Part shown: positions 20,480-30,852 of the stretch, piece by piece | How positions within the stretch are numbered: the first letter of the stretch is position 1 | How the letters are laid out: the number at the start of each line of letters is the position of its first letter | Source of the DNA: a virus | Virus record (IMG/VR): IMGVR_UViG_3300036893_000049 | Location: 21,260-85,259 of that record | Reading direction: 5' to 3' (one strand) | Length of the DNA stretch: 64,000 nt | Made by a program: the position numbers and the translations under genes | Notes under the pieces: model-generated | Databases searched by the model: none | What the model was told of the DNA's origin: nothing | The model's input: only the letters and a program-made list of their open reading frames with translations

Positions 20480-20941
20480 ATGTCAGGCACGAATAGCGGC
20501 AATCCGCAAATCCCGCAGGGCGTCATCAATCTTGGCCGCGTTAGTTTTCAGGTGCCGAATTATCAAAATCTGAATGTCACGCCTCCGTTCATGGGCGCGG
20601 GCGGCCTGTCGTTCTCTCGGGGTGGTCCTTCCACGACATTCATTAACACCCTGACTGGACGGGTCAGATCGCCGGAGCCCTTTCAGCCAGTCACGATCAC
20701 CGTCCATCTGGTGCGCTCTCAGGCACTCGCGGCGGCATGGGAAGCACAATTACAGTTGTGGTCCCTCCTCGGACCCACGACGGTCTATACCGACTCCCGC
20801 ATGTTGCCGACTTACAGTTTTTACGAGTGCGCCATCGATAACGTCGGTGAGATCGTTTCAAACGCGAAGTCGGCCGAGTACATGGTCACCATTGGCGGGA
20901 CGCTCCCGATCAATAGTAATCTTTGGGCGCTGATTGCGTGA
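20480..20941 (+). CDS. tail tube protein
   Basis: 153 aa following the sheath. Confidence 0.7.
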   Translation: MSGTNSGNPQIPQGVINLGRVSFQVPNYQNLNVTPPFMGAGGLSFSRGGPSTTFINTLTGRVRSPEPFQPVTITVHLVRSQALAAAWEAQLQLWSLLGPTTVYTDSRMLPTYSFYECAIDNVGEIVSNAKSAEYMVTIGGTLPINSNLWALIA

Positions 20942-21522
20942 AAATCGACCGGAAACTAAACCTCGTCCAGACCTTTGATACCTCCGCGGGGACGGTTCAC
21001 GTCCATTCGGTGCCGATATCATACGAAACCTGCCGCCAGTATTCTTTCATCATACGAAAGACATACTCGCAAATCGTCAACAACGGATTGTTTCCCAGCG
21101 GCGGCGCGTCGGTTGCCATCGAAATGATGGAGAGGATCGCGAAACTCGATAACGTCTGGGAAGGTTCCGATGGCGTCCGCGATGGGTTGCGGGCGGAAAT
21201 CCGGCAGCGAACAAATGTCATTATCCCGACACCCCAGGGCTGGAAGACGATTCCCTACGCCCATGCTTTGGAACAAAATCTTTTCGACCAGGAAGATGTC
21301 GATGAGATGGAAGGCGCCATCGTTTTTTTTACCTGTGCCTCTTTAGTGTTGAGGAGCCAGAACGATCAACAGAGGATGACGATTCTGTTGAACGTGATGG
21401 AATTTCAGTGGCACACGCGGACTACATCGTTGGATTGTATGGCGCACGCCGCTTCCTTGCCGATGTCGATGCCGGTCGAGAGTTCTGGCGAGACGATGCC
21501 GGTATCGTCGGTGCCACGCTAG
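20938..21522 (+). CDS. tail assembly chaperone
   Basis: Between tube and tape measure; contains a T8 run. Confidence 0.7.
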   Translation: MKIDRKLNLVQTFDTSAGTVHVHSVPISYETCRQYSFIIRKTYSQIVNNGLFPSGGASVAIEMMERIAKLDNVWEGSDGVRDGLRAEIRQRTNVIIPTPQGWKTIPYAHALEQNLFDQEDVDEMEGAIVFFTCASLVLRSQNDQQRMTILLNVMEFQWHTRTTSLDCMAHAASLPMSMPVESSGETMPVSSVPR

Positions 21523-21638
21523 ACTGGGCGGCGACCGATGGGTTCATGGAGTGCGTCGGCGCCAAGGCGCGGGGTCAATGGACTGATGTCAGTTCATTCC
21601 GCCAACGGCATCTGATCGCGGCGTTAAGGAGGGTGTGA
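21324..21638 (+). other. putative -1 frameshift site (T TTT TTT) and open -1 frame extension
   Basis: The -1 frame has no stop from the T-run to TGA 21638, which overlaps the tape measure start. Confidence 0.55.
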
Positions 21639-23362
21639 TGCCGCGCACGGTATTTTCTGTGGATGTGGATCGATCTCAATTCGATTCGTATGTATCCGCA
21701 TTCAATGACTATCAGGCTCAACTCGGCAAGATGGAGGGATCGTGGAATGCGGCCAGCAATGCCGCGGTGGGTGCCGAAAGCGCCTCTCTCGGTATGGTCG
21801 ATACCCTCGCGGCGAGCGCTGCGTCGGCAGTTCTGATTGGGGATGCTCTGCAACGAACCGAGGCCGCCAGCGGAAGGGCGTCAAACAATTTCGGCAAACT
21901 CGCGGAGCATGCCAAGGGAATCGCCTCGTCCCTGCTTTCCGCGACGGTCAGTCTCGCGAAATGGTCTGTCCTGTCCCTGGGCGCGGGACTTATCGGCGGC
22001 GGGGTCGGTCTCTTCGGATTGGACCGTCTCGGGGAGTCGGTCGCCGCGACGCGCCGGACCTCGCAGGGGCTTGGCATTTCGGCCGGTGAACTACAGGCGT
22101 TCAATGTCAATTACGGAACGCGGCTTGGGCTTGGCACGGATTTTCTGAATACGGTTCAGGGCGCGCAATCGGACCTCGGCCAACAATGGAAATTCTCTGC
22201 CCTTGGTATTCCGCAATCCGAGGTGGGTGGCGACACCGCGACCTTGACGACCGATGTAATTCGCCGCGCCCACGCGCTCTGGCAACAGGCTGGACCTCAA
22301 GGGCATAACGTTCAATGGATGCAGGCTCATGGTCTTGATGGGATCATGGGATTCAACCAATGGCAGGCTATCGGCCGTCAGTCAGATAGCGATCTGGACA
22401 GGTGGGGCGCTCAATACCGACGCGATGCCGGGACAATGAATCCGACCGATCCGACGCAAAAAGCCTGGGTCGAATTTACGACGCAACTTGATCGGGCGGC
22501 GAAGCAGATCGAGGCGGTATTTATTACAGGCGCGAGTCCGTTGCTTCCGGCCCTGGAAACATTCTCAAAATCCATTGAGAAAATGATCGCTAACTTTTTT
22601 GGCAATGCGAGCATCGAACAGCATATCAAAAACCTTGGCAAGGCATTGGAGGGGTTTGGAACCTATCTCGGGTCGGATAAGTTTATTGACGATGTGAAGA
22701 AGTTCGCTGATGGAATCAGTTATGCAGTCGATAAGGTCGAGAATATCTTACGCATTCTTGGCATCATGGCACCAACGGCGGCGCAACAGGCGATGCAGGG
22801 GCTGCCCTCGGCTTTCAAGTCGGGAGAGGATACGATCGGCGGATTGACGTTCCGGCAGACGATTGGGCTCGATCCGAAGCCCGCTGGGTATGATATGGAT
22901 TTTGGGCCACTCGAACAGAAAGTCGGTCTTCCGCCAGGAGTATTGAGGGGCCTTGCGATAACTGAGTCCGGCATGACACCGCATCCTTCTGATCGCTTCG
23001 CCGCTGGAGAGTTGCATCGCGGCATGTTCCAAATGTCAGACACCATGCTCGGCCGCTATGGAATCCAAAATCCCTATGATGCGGATCAGGAATCCAAGGC
23101 CGCGGCGATTGAGGAAAGCGCCTATCTTCAACGGTTCAATGGCAACATCGCGGCGGCTATCGCGGCTTGGAATGAAGGTCCTGGCGCGGTTGAATCGCAG
23201 ATGGAAAAGGCACGGCGGCAGGGCGGTAACTGGCTCGATTATGCCGGTAAGGGCGTGCAGAAATATGTCAACGATGTCGCCGGACGCATGAATATCAGTG
23301 TCCAGGTCCTAAACCAAACCGGCGCCGCTGTCGCGGTCCTCTTGAACGGTGCCCGGCAGTGA
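21635..23362 (+). CDS. tape measure protein with C-terminal lytic transglycosylase domain
   Basis: Helical Ala-rich body; GLAITESG, GMFQM, AAIAAWNEGPG. Confidence 0.85.
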   Translation: MMPRTVFSVDVDRSQFDSYVSAFNDYQAQLGKMEGSWNAASNAAVGAESASLGMVDTLAASAASAVLIGDALQRTEAASGRASNNFGKLAEHAKGIASSLLSATVSLAKWSVLSLGAGLIGGGVGLFGLDRLGESVAATRRTSQGLGISAGELQAFNVNYGTRLGLGTDFLNTVQGAQSDLGQQWKFSALGIPQSEVGGDTATLTTDVIRRAHALWQQAGPQGHNVQWMQAHGLDGIMGFNQWQAIGRQSDSDLDRWGAQYRRDAGTMNPTDPTQKAWVEFTTQLDRAAKQIEAVFITGASPLLPALETFSKSIEKMIANFFGNASIEQHIKNLGKALEGFGTYLGSDKFIDDVKKFADGISYAVDKVENILRILGIMAPTAAQQAMQGLPSAFKSGEDTIGGLTFRQTIGLDPKPAGYDMDFGPLEQKVGLPPGVLRGLAITESGMTPHPSDRFAAGELHRGMFQMSDTMLGRYGIQNPYDADQESKAAAIEESAYLQRFNGNIAAAIAAWNEGPGAVESQMEKARRQGGNWLDYAGKGVQKYVNDVAGRMNISVQVLNQTGAAVAVLLNGARQ

Positions 23363-24069
23363 GTGCGTCTATCCTCTCTCCGGTTTTCGCCGCGGCATAC
23401 GAAATTTCACCGATATTCCTGACCGGCGGCATCGCGGCAACGATCGGCTCGGCCGCCGGTTCCGCGTTCGGCGGCAGCATTGGGGCCGGCGTATCATCGG
23501 TCATCGGTGGTGCATTGCCACTGATTGCGTTTACCGAGGGGGTTGATTTTCTCGCGGCGGCCTTGGCCGGCGGTTTGCCATCCTCGCCGTTCGCCCGGTT
23601 CACCGTCATCCCCTCAGGAAAACTGATATCACAGCAAATCGCGCACTATCCGTTTGCCAATCAGGCGGTCGCTGCCAATGCGGTCATTACGGAGCCCCTG
23701 ACGGTCTCTGTGCGGATGGACTGCCCCGCCGCCGAACCTGGGGCCTATGTGTCCAAACTGGCCGTTATGACCGCCCTACAGGCCGCGCTGAGTGCTCATA
23801 ATGCGTCGGGTGGTCTCTATACGGTCCTGACACCGTCCTTCCCTTACGTCAATCTCATCATGACGGCCTTCACGGATATCTCCGGCAGCGGATCGAACCA
23901 GGTGCAATATCAGTGGCAGTTCGACTTTGAACAGCCTCTGGTAACCCTGGCGGCGGCGCAACAGGCATATTCGTCGCTATTGAACAAGTTCAGCGGCGGG
24001 ACACAGATCACCGGAATGCCGTCATGGACCGCACCGGGGAATGTTGGCCCGGCGGTGCCGGTATCATGA
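23359..24069 (+). CDS. baseplate/tube initiator protein
   Basis: Synteny; YPFANQAVAANAVI. Confidence 0.65.
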   Translation: MSASILSPVFAAAYEISPIFLTGGIAATIGSAAGSAFGGSIGAGVSSVIGGALPLIAFTEGVDFLAAALAGGLPSSPFARFTVIPSGKLISQQIAHYPFANQAVAANAVITEPLTVSVRMDCPAAEPGAYVSKLAVMTALQAALSAHNASGGLYTVLTPSFPYVNLIMTAFTDISGSGSNQVQYQWQFDFEQPLVTLAAAQQAYSSLLNKFSGGTQITGMPSWTAPGNVGPAVPVS

Positions 24070-24338
24070 GCGGATTGATTTCGTTTACGCCAACCAGTAC
24101 GGCGCCATTTCAGTTCGGCGCCACACTCGACGGGACGAACTACACCTGTCAGGTCCGATGGAACGTATCGGCGCAGCGCTGGTATCTTTTCATTTTCGAT
24201 ATCTCGGGATCGGTGGTTCTGACGCGGGCGCTGATCGCGAGTCCGCCGGGATATGGAATCAATATGATATATGGGTTGTTTCTGACCTCGGTTATGTATT
24301 TCTGGGATGCGACGCAGAGTTTTCAGGTGATTCCGTAG
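24066..24338 (+). CDS. baseplate plug-like protein
   Basis: PFQFGATLDG...WNVSAQRWYL. Confidence 0.65.
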   Translation: MSGLISFTPTSTAPFQFGATLDGTNYTCQVRWNVSAQRWYLFIFDISGSVVLTRALIASPPGYGINMIYGLFLTSVMYFWDATQSFQVIP

Positions 24339-24346
24339 GAGGAACG

Positions 24347-24559
24347 ATGGATACGCTTAATCTTAACGATGTGGTTTCTGTGGAACCGGGTGTCTCTGGG
24401 AAATCCGTTATGATGATGCTTGTCGAAGTTGAGGCTATTGATGGAAAGATCGTGGGGTCTGCACTATCCGCTGGTTATCATATCGATCAATGTGCGTTGC
24501 CTGGGCGGCTCATTTATACGATCACGTCTCCAATTGATCGCGAGAAATGTCCGAAATGA
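24347..24559 (+). CDS. small inserted hypothetical protein
   Basis: AGGAGG RBS; lower GC than its flanks. Confidence 0.5.
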   Translation: MDTLNLNDVVSVEPGVSGKSVMMMLVEVEAIDGKIVGSALSAGYHIDQCALPGRLIYTITSPIDREKCPK

Positions 24560-24775
24560 CCCGCTCATGCCACAAGATGTAGTATCGGCGGGGCGTGACA
24601 AGCCGGGTTTGCAATCCTCAACATTAAGGCATATAATAAATTTGCTTATCCGTCTATCATACCAGAAGAGGCGGTATCTGGTTGTCGGTCCAGGCAGCCC
24701 ACGCGCGGAGAACGGACCTGATACTCCGCCAGGGCAAGCGTCCGGTTCAATTCCACGCATAGCCGGATAAGCATT

Positions 24776-25813
24776 TTGCGTTATTATCTGATCCAAATTT
24801 TTCCGCCCGGCTCGGACCCTGGTTCCGCGCCGGTATTCCGGGAATACACGTCATTTCCAAACGGGCAAAGCGATCCTGGTGCTCTGAATATCGTTTTGGA
24901 TATCTATCAATACACCTTTGGCGATGCCCTACCATTAAGTGTCGTGCAAATTTACGGTATAGATATCCGGGATGTTTCCCAGGTCAGCAATTTTACGAAC
25001 TGCAATATTATGATCTGGGCGGGTTTCCAAAAAGGCTTGCCACTCAATAACTCAGCGCAAGCCGGGCTGCTCTTATCAGGCATCATCTGGCAGGCGTTCG
25101 GTAATTGGCAGGGCACGGAAATGGTCCTGGATTTCGTGGTCTCTCCGCCGGGCGCCATCGCGGCACAGAACACGAATTTCTCTTTCAGTTGGACGGCTGG
25201 AACCCCGCTTTCTTCCGCTTTGGCGACCACGCTCACGAACGGTTTCCCGAAAATCAAGCAGAACATCCAGATCAGCCCAAATTTAATTATTGGGCATGAC
25301 GAGAACGGCGTCTACCAGTCCATGCCGCCATTCGCGCAAACCCTGAAATCCCTCACGGCGGCGGCCATCGGTGGCACTTATCCCGGCGTCGATATTATCT
25401 GGACGCCAACCCAGATCAATGTGTTCGACGGCACGGCGCAGCAGACACCGAAACAGATCGCATTTCAGGACCTCATCGGACAGCCGGTGTGGATCGGGCC
25501 GCTCACGATACAGTTCATGTGCCCCATGCGCGCCGATATCAGTGTCGGAACATTCGTCACGATGCCGAAAGCGTCAACCGGAGGCGCATATCCAGCCTAT
25601 TCTCCTGGTGCCGCCGTTACAACATCAGCCGCGCAACCGCAGGCACGGCAGAGCAGCATCTTCAACGGAACCTTCAACGTGATCCTCGTGCATCACATGG
25701 GCATCTTTCGGCAGCCTGACGGAACAGCATGGGTAACGGTATTCAACGCCTATGTGACGACACCGGAGCCCGTTCCGACTGTCACCATTGAATCGTTATC
25801 GTTCGGCCCATGA
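24776..25813 (+). CDS. baseplate hub protein
   Basis: QAFGNWQG, DLIGQPVW motifs; synteny. Confidence 0.75.
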   Translation: MRYYLIQIFPPGSDPGSAPVFREYTSFPNGQSDPGALNIVLDIYQYTFGDALPLSVVQIYGIDIRDVSQVSNFTNCNIMIWAGFQKGLPLNNSAQAGLLLSGIIWQAFGNWQGTEMVLDFVVSPPGAIAAQNTNFSFSWTAGTPLSSALATTLTNGFPKIKQNIQISPNLIIGHDENGVYQSMPPFAQTLKSLTAAAIGGTYPGVDIIWTPTQINVFDGTAQQTPKQIAFQDLIGQPVWIGPLTIQFMCPMRADISVGTFVTMPKASTGGAYPAYSPGAAVTTSAAQPQARQSSIFNGTFNVILVHHMGIFRQPDGTAWVTVFNAYVTTPEPVPTVTIESLSFGP

Positions 25814-26376
25814 ACGGCAATTTTCAGCGTACCCCTATCGGCGAATCGATTCAACGGATCGCGCGGGAAGGCGTTGGGACGCAGCTACAGCGCGAGGCCA
25901 AGGCACTTCCTTGTTCCGTGGTCTCTGTCAACGGCCAATTCGTTACCGTGAAATTCGAGGTGAACTCTGGAATATTCACGTTGCCGAACATCACGATTCC
26001 GATCAATACCAGTGAATACGATTGGATTCCGGTTCAGGTCGGGGACCTGGGCTACACTCAGGCCGCCGATGTCGCGCTCGCGGCGGTGAGTGGGGTTAGC
26101 TCGAATGTCCCCAATCTGGTGCAGGGGATGAACCTGACCTCTTTGGTGTTCCAACCGATATCCAATATGGCGTGGACGGTCGCGAACTCCAATCAGCGGA
26201 TTGTGCAGGGTCCATCTGGCGCGGTGATACAGGTAACCGGCGGCGCGACAAGCCTGACCGTCACATCGAGTGGCATTTTCCTGAAAACAACAAGGCTCAA
26301 TGTGGCGACGCTTCCAACTTCTCCTGGTGCGGCAGGGGATATCTATAACCATTCTGGGACCCTGATGGTATCATGA
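25810..26376 (+). CDS. baseplate spike (gpV/gp138-like)
   Basis: LPCSVVSV...PVQVGDLG OB-fold pattern. Confidence 0.7.
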   Translation: MNGNFQRTPIGESIQRIAREGVGTQLQREAKALPCSVVSVNGQFVTVKFEVNSGIFTLPNITIPINTSEYDWIPVQVGDLGYTQAADVALAAVSGVSSNVPNLVQGMNLTSLVFQPISNMAWTVANSNQRIVQGPSGAVIQVTGGATSLTVTSSGIFLKTTRLNVATLPTSPGAAGDIYNHSGTLMVS

Positions 26377-26723
26377 GAATCTGGGGAAGAATCCCAGCAT
26401 CGCCCGGCGCACCGCCGACGATATGGGTTGAGGTCACAACAGATGCCAATGGTGAGAACGGGAATGTCTATCTGACGAATCTGTGCCAATGCCTGGCACT
26501 CAATCTCAATGAAGACCCATTTTTCAGTCAGTACGGAATCCCGGCGCAACCATCTGTTCTCAGTCAGATATTCCCAGATTACAACACGAATTTAACGCAG
26601 CAACAGTTCCAGCAGTATTTCGCGCTTCTGACGATTAAGAAGCGGTCTTCGCCGACGCCAACATACGACATCACCGCGATTACATTTTCCGGGACCATTC
26701 TGACAGCACAGGTGCCGGTATGA
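26373..26723 (+). CDS. baseplate wedge/sheath initiator (W-like)
   Basis: LNLNEDPFFSQYGIP; synteny. Confidence 0.65.
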   Translation: MRIWGRIPASPGAPPTIWVEVTTDANGENGNVYLTNLCQCLALNLNEDPFFSQYGIPAQPSVLSQIFPDYNTNLTQQQFQQYFALLTIKKRSSPTPTYDITAITFSGTILTAQVPV

Positions 26724-28144
26724 GCGAATCGACGCTTCCTAATGTGATGACCCCACTGGGACTCCAGCCGCAGACGCCAGCGCAATTGAACAACCAAATT
26801 TATACGGTGGCCTTGTCGCTTTCTCCTGGCCTTACGGTCCTCCCAGGGACGCTGGTCGCGGATATGGGAGGCACGGCGACTGGCGCCGCTGTCGTGATGG
26901 AATATATGCGAGTCGATGTCGTCAATTCCATCTCGCCGCTACTCGCGAACCCTTTCCTGCTCTACCAACTCGGAGCGGTTTACGGTGTGCAGCAGGGACA
27001 AGGCAGCAATGCTTCGGTTTACGTCGTCTTCACGGGATCGTCGGCCGGGTTTGTCATCCCAATCGGGTTCACCGTCTCGGACGGATCGAATAATTACACT
27101 ATTCAGGACGGCGGCATCATCGGGTCGAGTTTGCAAAGCCCGCCGCTTTTCGCGCTCTGCACGAATTCAAATCAGTTCGCTATTCCCGCCGGATCGGTCA
27201 CGACGATCAGAACGTCAGTCCCAGGCGGATATACGCTCAGTGTCACAAATCCCCTCGCGGGGACGCCACTGGAATCGCAACAGACGATCGCCAGTTTCCG
27301 GTCCCAGGTCGTACAGGCTGGCCTTGTCGCTTCGGTTGGAACGCCCGCTTTTCTGAAGACATTGATTACCAACGTCTCAGGTGTGAATCCATTCCTGGTG
27401 TCGGTTGCCTCCGTCCCTGGTACGGGATGGAAAATCATTGTTGGCGGGTCCGGCGACCCTTATCAGATCGCGAACGCGATCCTACAGGGGGTGGGGTCCG
27501 TTGCCTTTTTAACGGGCTCGACCATCGGCGTGGCAAATTTCACTGCCGCCGCGAATGGTGTCTGTACAACCACGATCAATCACGGTTATTCGACCGGACA
27601 GGCCGTTACGGTTGCTGGTGCCTCGCCGGGTGGATATAATCAGACCTACGCTTCAATTACGGTCGTGGACGAAAAAACGTTCCAGTCCAACGTAAATACG
27701 TCAGGGTATGGTGCATGGACGAGCGGGGGCGTCTGCACGCCGAACTTCCGAAATCAATCAGTTAGCATCAATGATTATCCTGACACCTATACAATTCCAT
27801 TTGTTGTTCCGCCCTCCCAGACTGTTGCGATGTCGGTGTCATGGAATACGATATCCGTCAATTTTGTCTCCGCGACGGCAGTTGCCTCTTTGGCGGGCGC
27901 GGCGCTGGCGAATTATGTGAACAGTCTACCTATTGGTGCGCCGTTGAATGTTGACGTGATGATCCAGATATTCCAGACCGCCGTTGTTTCGATCCTCCCG
28001 GCGGCGCTGATTTCCATCGTGACGTTCTCAGTGACCATCAATGGCGTCGCGACCTCTCCCGCTGGCGGAACGGTTCTTGTGTACGGCGACCCTGAGTCCT
28101 TCTTCACAACGACCGCGGCTTCAATCGTGGTGACGCAGATATGA
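26720..28144 (+). CDS. baseplate J-like protein
   Basis: LGAVYGVQ...VVFTG...IPIGFTVSDG. Confidence 0.85.
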   Translation: MSESTLPNVMTPLGLQPQTPAQLNNQIYTVALSLSPGLTVLPGTLVADMGGTATGAAVVMEYMRVDVVNSISPLLANPFLLYQLGAVYGVQQGQGSNASVYVVFTGSSAGFVIPIGFTVSDGSNNYTIQDGGIIGSSLQSPPLFALCTNSNQFAIPAGSVTTIRTSVPGGYTLSVTNPLAGTPLESQQTIASFRSQVVQAGLVASVGTPAFLKTLITNVSGVNPFLVSVASVPGTGWKIIVGGSGDPYQIANAILQGVGSVAFLTGSTIGVANFTAAANGVCTTTINHGYSTGQAVTVAGASPGGYNQTYASITVVDEKTFQSNVNTSGYGAWTSGGVCTPNFRNQSVSINDYPDTYTIPFVVPPSQTVAMSVSWNTISVNFVSATAVASLAGAALANYVNSLPIGAPLNVDVMIQIFQTAVVSILPAALISIVTFSVTINGVATSPAGGTVLVYGDPESFFTTTAASIVVTQI

Positions 28145-28800
28145 GCGAGACACAATACGTCTCCCCCAACGCGGTTTATGATGGAGGCTTAACGTATGTG
28201 CCTGGAATACTTCCAGCATATGTTTATCAGGAATATGCTGACGACGACAATATCCGAGCGTTTTTCACGTCATATAATAACCTGGCGACGCAATATCTCC
28301 TTTGGTTCAGTTCGCTCAACCTGCCGATCTATACCGGCGGCATCATCGCGGGTGCGCTGCTTGATTGGGTCGCGCTCGGATTGTATGGGATCATCCGGCC
28401 ATCGATCACGACGGGCTCTGTGTTTTATGAGGGTGCCACGAACACTGTGCCGACAAACGTTGTCGCCACGAACAGCCAGCTTCAAAGTTCGACCGAAGCG
28501 TTGCAATCGACCTCGGACGATATCTTCCGCCGCGTTATCACTTGGAATTTCTACAAAGGCGATGGATTCGTGTTCAATATGCAGTGGTTGAAACGGCGCG
28601 TATTCCGGTTCCTGAATGGTCCGAACGGTGTCTCTCCGGTTATAGACCAGACCTATACCGTGAGTTGCACCGTAACAGGAAATACGTTCGCCGTTGTTGT
28701 CGCGACCGGAGATGCCGGGACAATCGCGTTACTCAATAATCTGATCGGTTCCGGCGCCTGCGCGATTCCGTTTCAATATGTAGTGACGGTGGCGACATGA
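28141..28800 (+). CDS. baseplate wedge protein (DUF2612-like)
   Basis: LLDWVALGLYG, SDDIFRRVITW. Confidence 0.75.
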   Translation: MSETQYVSPNAVYDGGLTYVPGILPAYVYQEYADDDNIRAFFTSYNNLATQYLLWFSSLNLPIYTGGIIAGALLDWVALGLYGIIRPSITTGSVFYEGATNTVPTNVVATNSQLQSSTEALQSTSDDIFRRVITWNFYKGDGFVFNMQWLKRRVFRFLNGPNGVSPVIDQTYTVSCTVTGNTFAVVVATGDAGTIALLNNLIGSGACAIPFQYVVTVAT

Positions 28801-29990
28801 TACTCCTTTCCTCGAATGATGCTTCGACGACGCTCGGTGCCGGGATCAGTTCCAGTACAACCACCATTGTTCTGGCGCCGGGGGGCGGGGGTTTGTTCCC
28901 GTCGCCCGCCGCGAACGAATATTTCACACTCACGCTGAACGATGCGGCGACGCGAGCGAATTATGAAATCTGCAACTGCACCGCGCGCACGGGCGATAGT
29001 CTGACGGTTACGCGCGGCGCGGAGGGCACGACGGCACGCTCATGGCTCTTGGGCGACTTCGCTTACAACACGAATACCGCGAACAGTATCGGCACCGCGC
29101 GTGCCTATGCCGCTGGAAACACGCCAACGCTCCCGTTCACGATTCCCGCCGCGCATCAGGGCGTTGTTCAGTATTGCGGCACCGCGGGCACGATCACGTT
29201 GCCAGCCGTTGCCGGGATTCAGGATGGGTTTCTTTGTGCGATATGCTGCACGTCGAACGCGGCGACGATCACGGTCAATACGAATTCGGCGACGGTGGTT
29301 TTGCCATCTGGCAACGTAACCTCGACGTTTACCCTCACCGCGCTACAGCAGACTGTTACGCTACAATGGAATGCGGGGGCTTCGCTTTGGTATGGACTAA
29401 ATAGCAGCGCGGCACCGCCGCCGCCGCCGGTGCCTGGAAGTTGGGTGATTACCGCAAGTACAACGTTTACCGTTCCCACAGGTGTCGGAACTCTTGAAAT
29501 TGAATTGTGGGGCGGCGGTAGCGGCGGGGTTGGCGGAACAGGTGCGGCTGGCAGTGCGGGAGGTTACGCCTGGGGGGTGTACTCGGTGACACCCGGAACA
29601 GAATATACCGTATTGATCGGCGCGGGTGGCGCGGGCGTCACAGGTGCCAGCGGTAGTTCCTCAGGTGCGGGAGGGGAAACGAGTTTTGGGGGAACGTTAA
29701 TATACGCAACGGGGGGCCTGTCAGTTGGCCCATCCTCTCTTGGTATCCCTTCTGAGGGGGGTATGGGCTTTGGTGGGGATCTAAATTTGCCGGGCGGTAG
29801 CGGCGGCGATCTATGCAGCACCTTCTTTGTCGCGATTGGCGGCGCGGCACCCAGAGGCGCGGCGGGGGGGTTTGGTCAACCCGGCCAGACGGCGGGTTAT
29901 GGTGCGGGAGGAGGCGCGGCTGCTAACCAAACGCTCTTAATTGACTACGGGGGCAACGGCGGCGGGGGATTGGTCATCGTCAGATGGTGA
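28797..29990 (+). CDS. tail fibre-like protein with glycine-rich C-terminal domain
   Basis: LTVTRGAEGT N-domain; WGGGSGG...GGLVIVRW. Confidence 0.75.
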   Translation: MILLSSNDASTTLGAGISSSTTTIVLAPGGGGLFPSPAANEYFTLTLNDAATRANYEICNCTARTGDSLTVTRGAEGTTARSWLLGDFAYNTNTANSIGTARAYAAGNTPTLPFTIPAAHQGVVQYCGTAGTITLPAVAGIQDGFLCAICCTSNAATITVNTNSATVVLPSGNVTSTFTLTALQQTVTLQWNAGASLWYGLNSSAAPPPPPVPGSWVITASTTFTVPTGVGTLEIELWGGGSGGVGGTGAAGSAGGYAWGVYSVTPGTEYTVLIGAGGAGVTGASGSSSGAGGETSFGGTLIYATGGLSVGPSSLGIPSEGGMGFGGDLNLPGGSGGDLCSTFFVAIGGAAPRGAAGGFGQPGQTAGYGAGGGAAANQTLLIDYGGNGGGGLVIVRW

Positions 29991-30138
29991 GTGTGACCTT
30001 GGGAGCGTGCCAGGGAAGCCCCTCGACCGGTAGCACCATAACGAGGCTCGTGGTGCTGCTCGGCGGCGCGGGCGGCGGCCCGACAACCGGCGGGACGGGC
30101 GCGGCTGGTTTCCTGACAATTATTGAGTATTGCACCTC

Positions 30139-30852
30139 ATGACGCCCTACGTCTGCACCGCGATTCCTGGCAATCCCTTATGGTTTCCCGCGCGCGGCAA
30201 CGATGCGTCTCTCGACTATTCGCTCAACATCGCATCGGCGTTGGATGCCGGGACCGACTTCCCCGCCTCGGCGACGTTCGCGATAGCCCCGTCCGGTGCC
30301 GGGGAAGCGGTCGCCAGCAGCCTCACATACAGCGGCGGAGGCGGAATACCGGTCTTCACCGTCACGCTGTCAGGGGGCGTTCAGGGCCGCATCTACACAT
30401 GGCAGTTGGTCGTGACGTGCTTTAACGGGTTAATTTATGAATTTATCGGCTACCAGGGCGTGATCCCAGGTCTGCCGGGATATCCGGTTCCGGTCGCGCC
30501 ATCGCCAGGATTTGGAACGCCGATCACGTGGACAGCGGGGACAACCATGCAAGAGGTCGTCACGGGATTGATCGGGACTGGAACGAATCAGGCCACGGCC
30601 ACGCTGCTGTATGGATTCACGAGCATAATTTCCTCGGCTCCATCTGGCACCGGGTTCATTCTGCCTGGATATATTCAGGAGGGGACAATTATTGTCCAGG
30701 ACATGGACCTTACGCACAACGCGACGATTTATCCTCCCGTGGGGGCTCATATCAACAACCTCGCGGTCAATGTTCCGTTCACCGTTGGCTCAAACGGTGG
30801 CCGGATCAGTTTTTCCACCAACGCACCGGCAACGCAATGGTATGCAGGATGA
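30139..30852 (+). CDS. fibre-tail adaptor-like protein
   Basis: LDYSLN...LSGGVQGRIY pattern. Confidence 0.55.
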   Translation: MTPYVCTAIPGNPLWFPARGNDASLDYSLNIASALDAGTDFPASATFAIAPSGAGEAVASSLTYSGGGGIPVFTVTLSGGVQGRIYTWQLVVTCFNGLIYEFIGYQGVIPGLPGYPVPVAPSPGFGTPITWTAGTTMQEVVTGLIGTGTNQATATLLYGFTSIISSAPSGTGFILPGYIQEGTIIVQDMDLTHNATIYPPVGAHINNLAVNVPFTVGSNGGRISFSTNAPATQWYAG

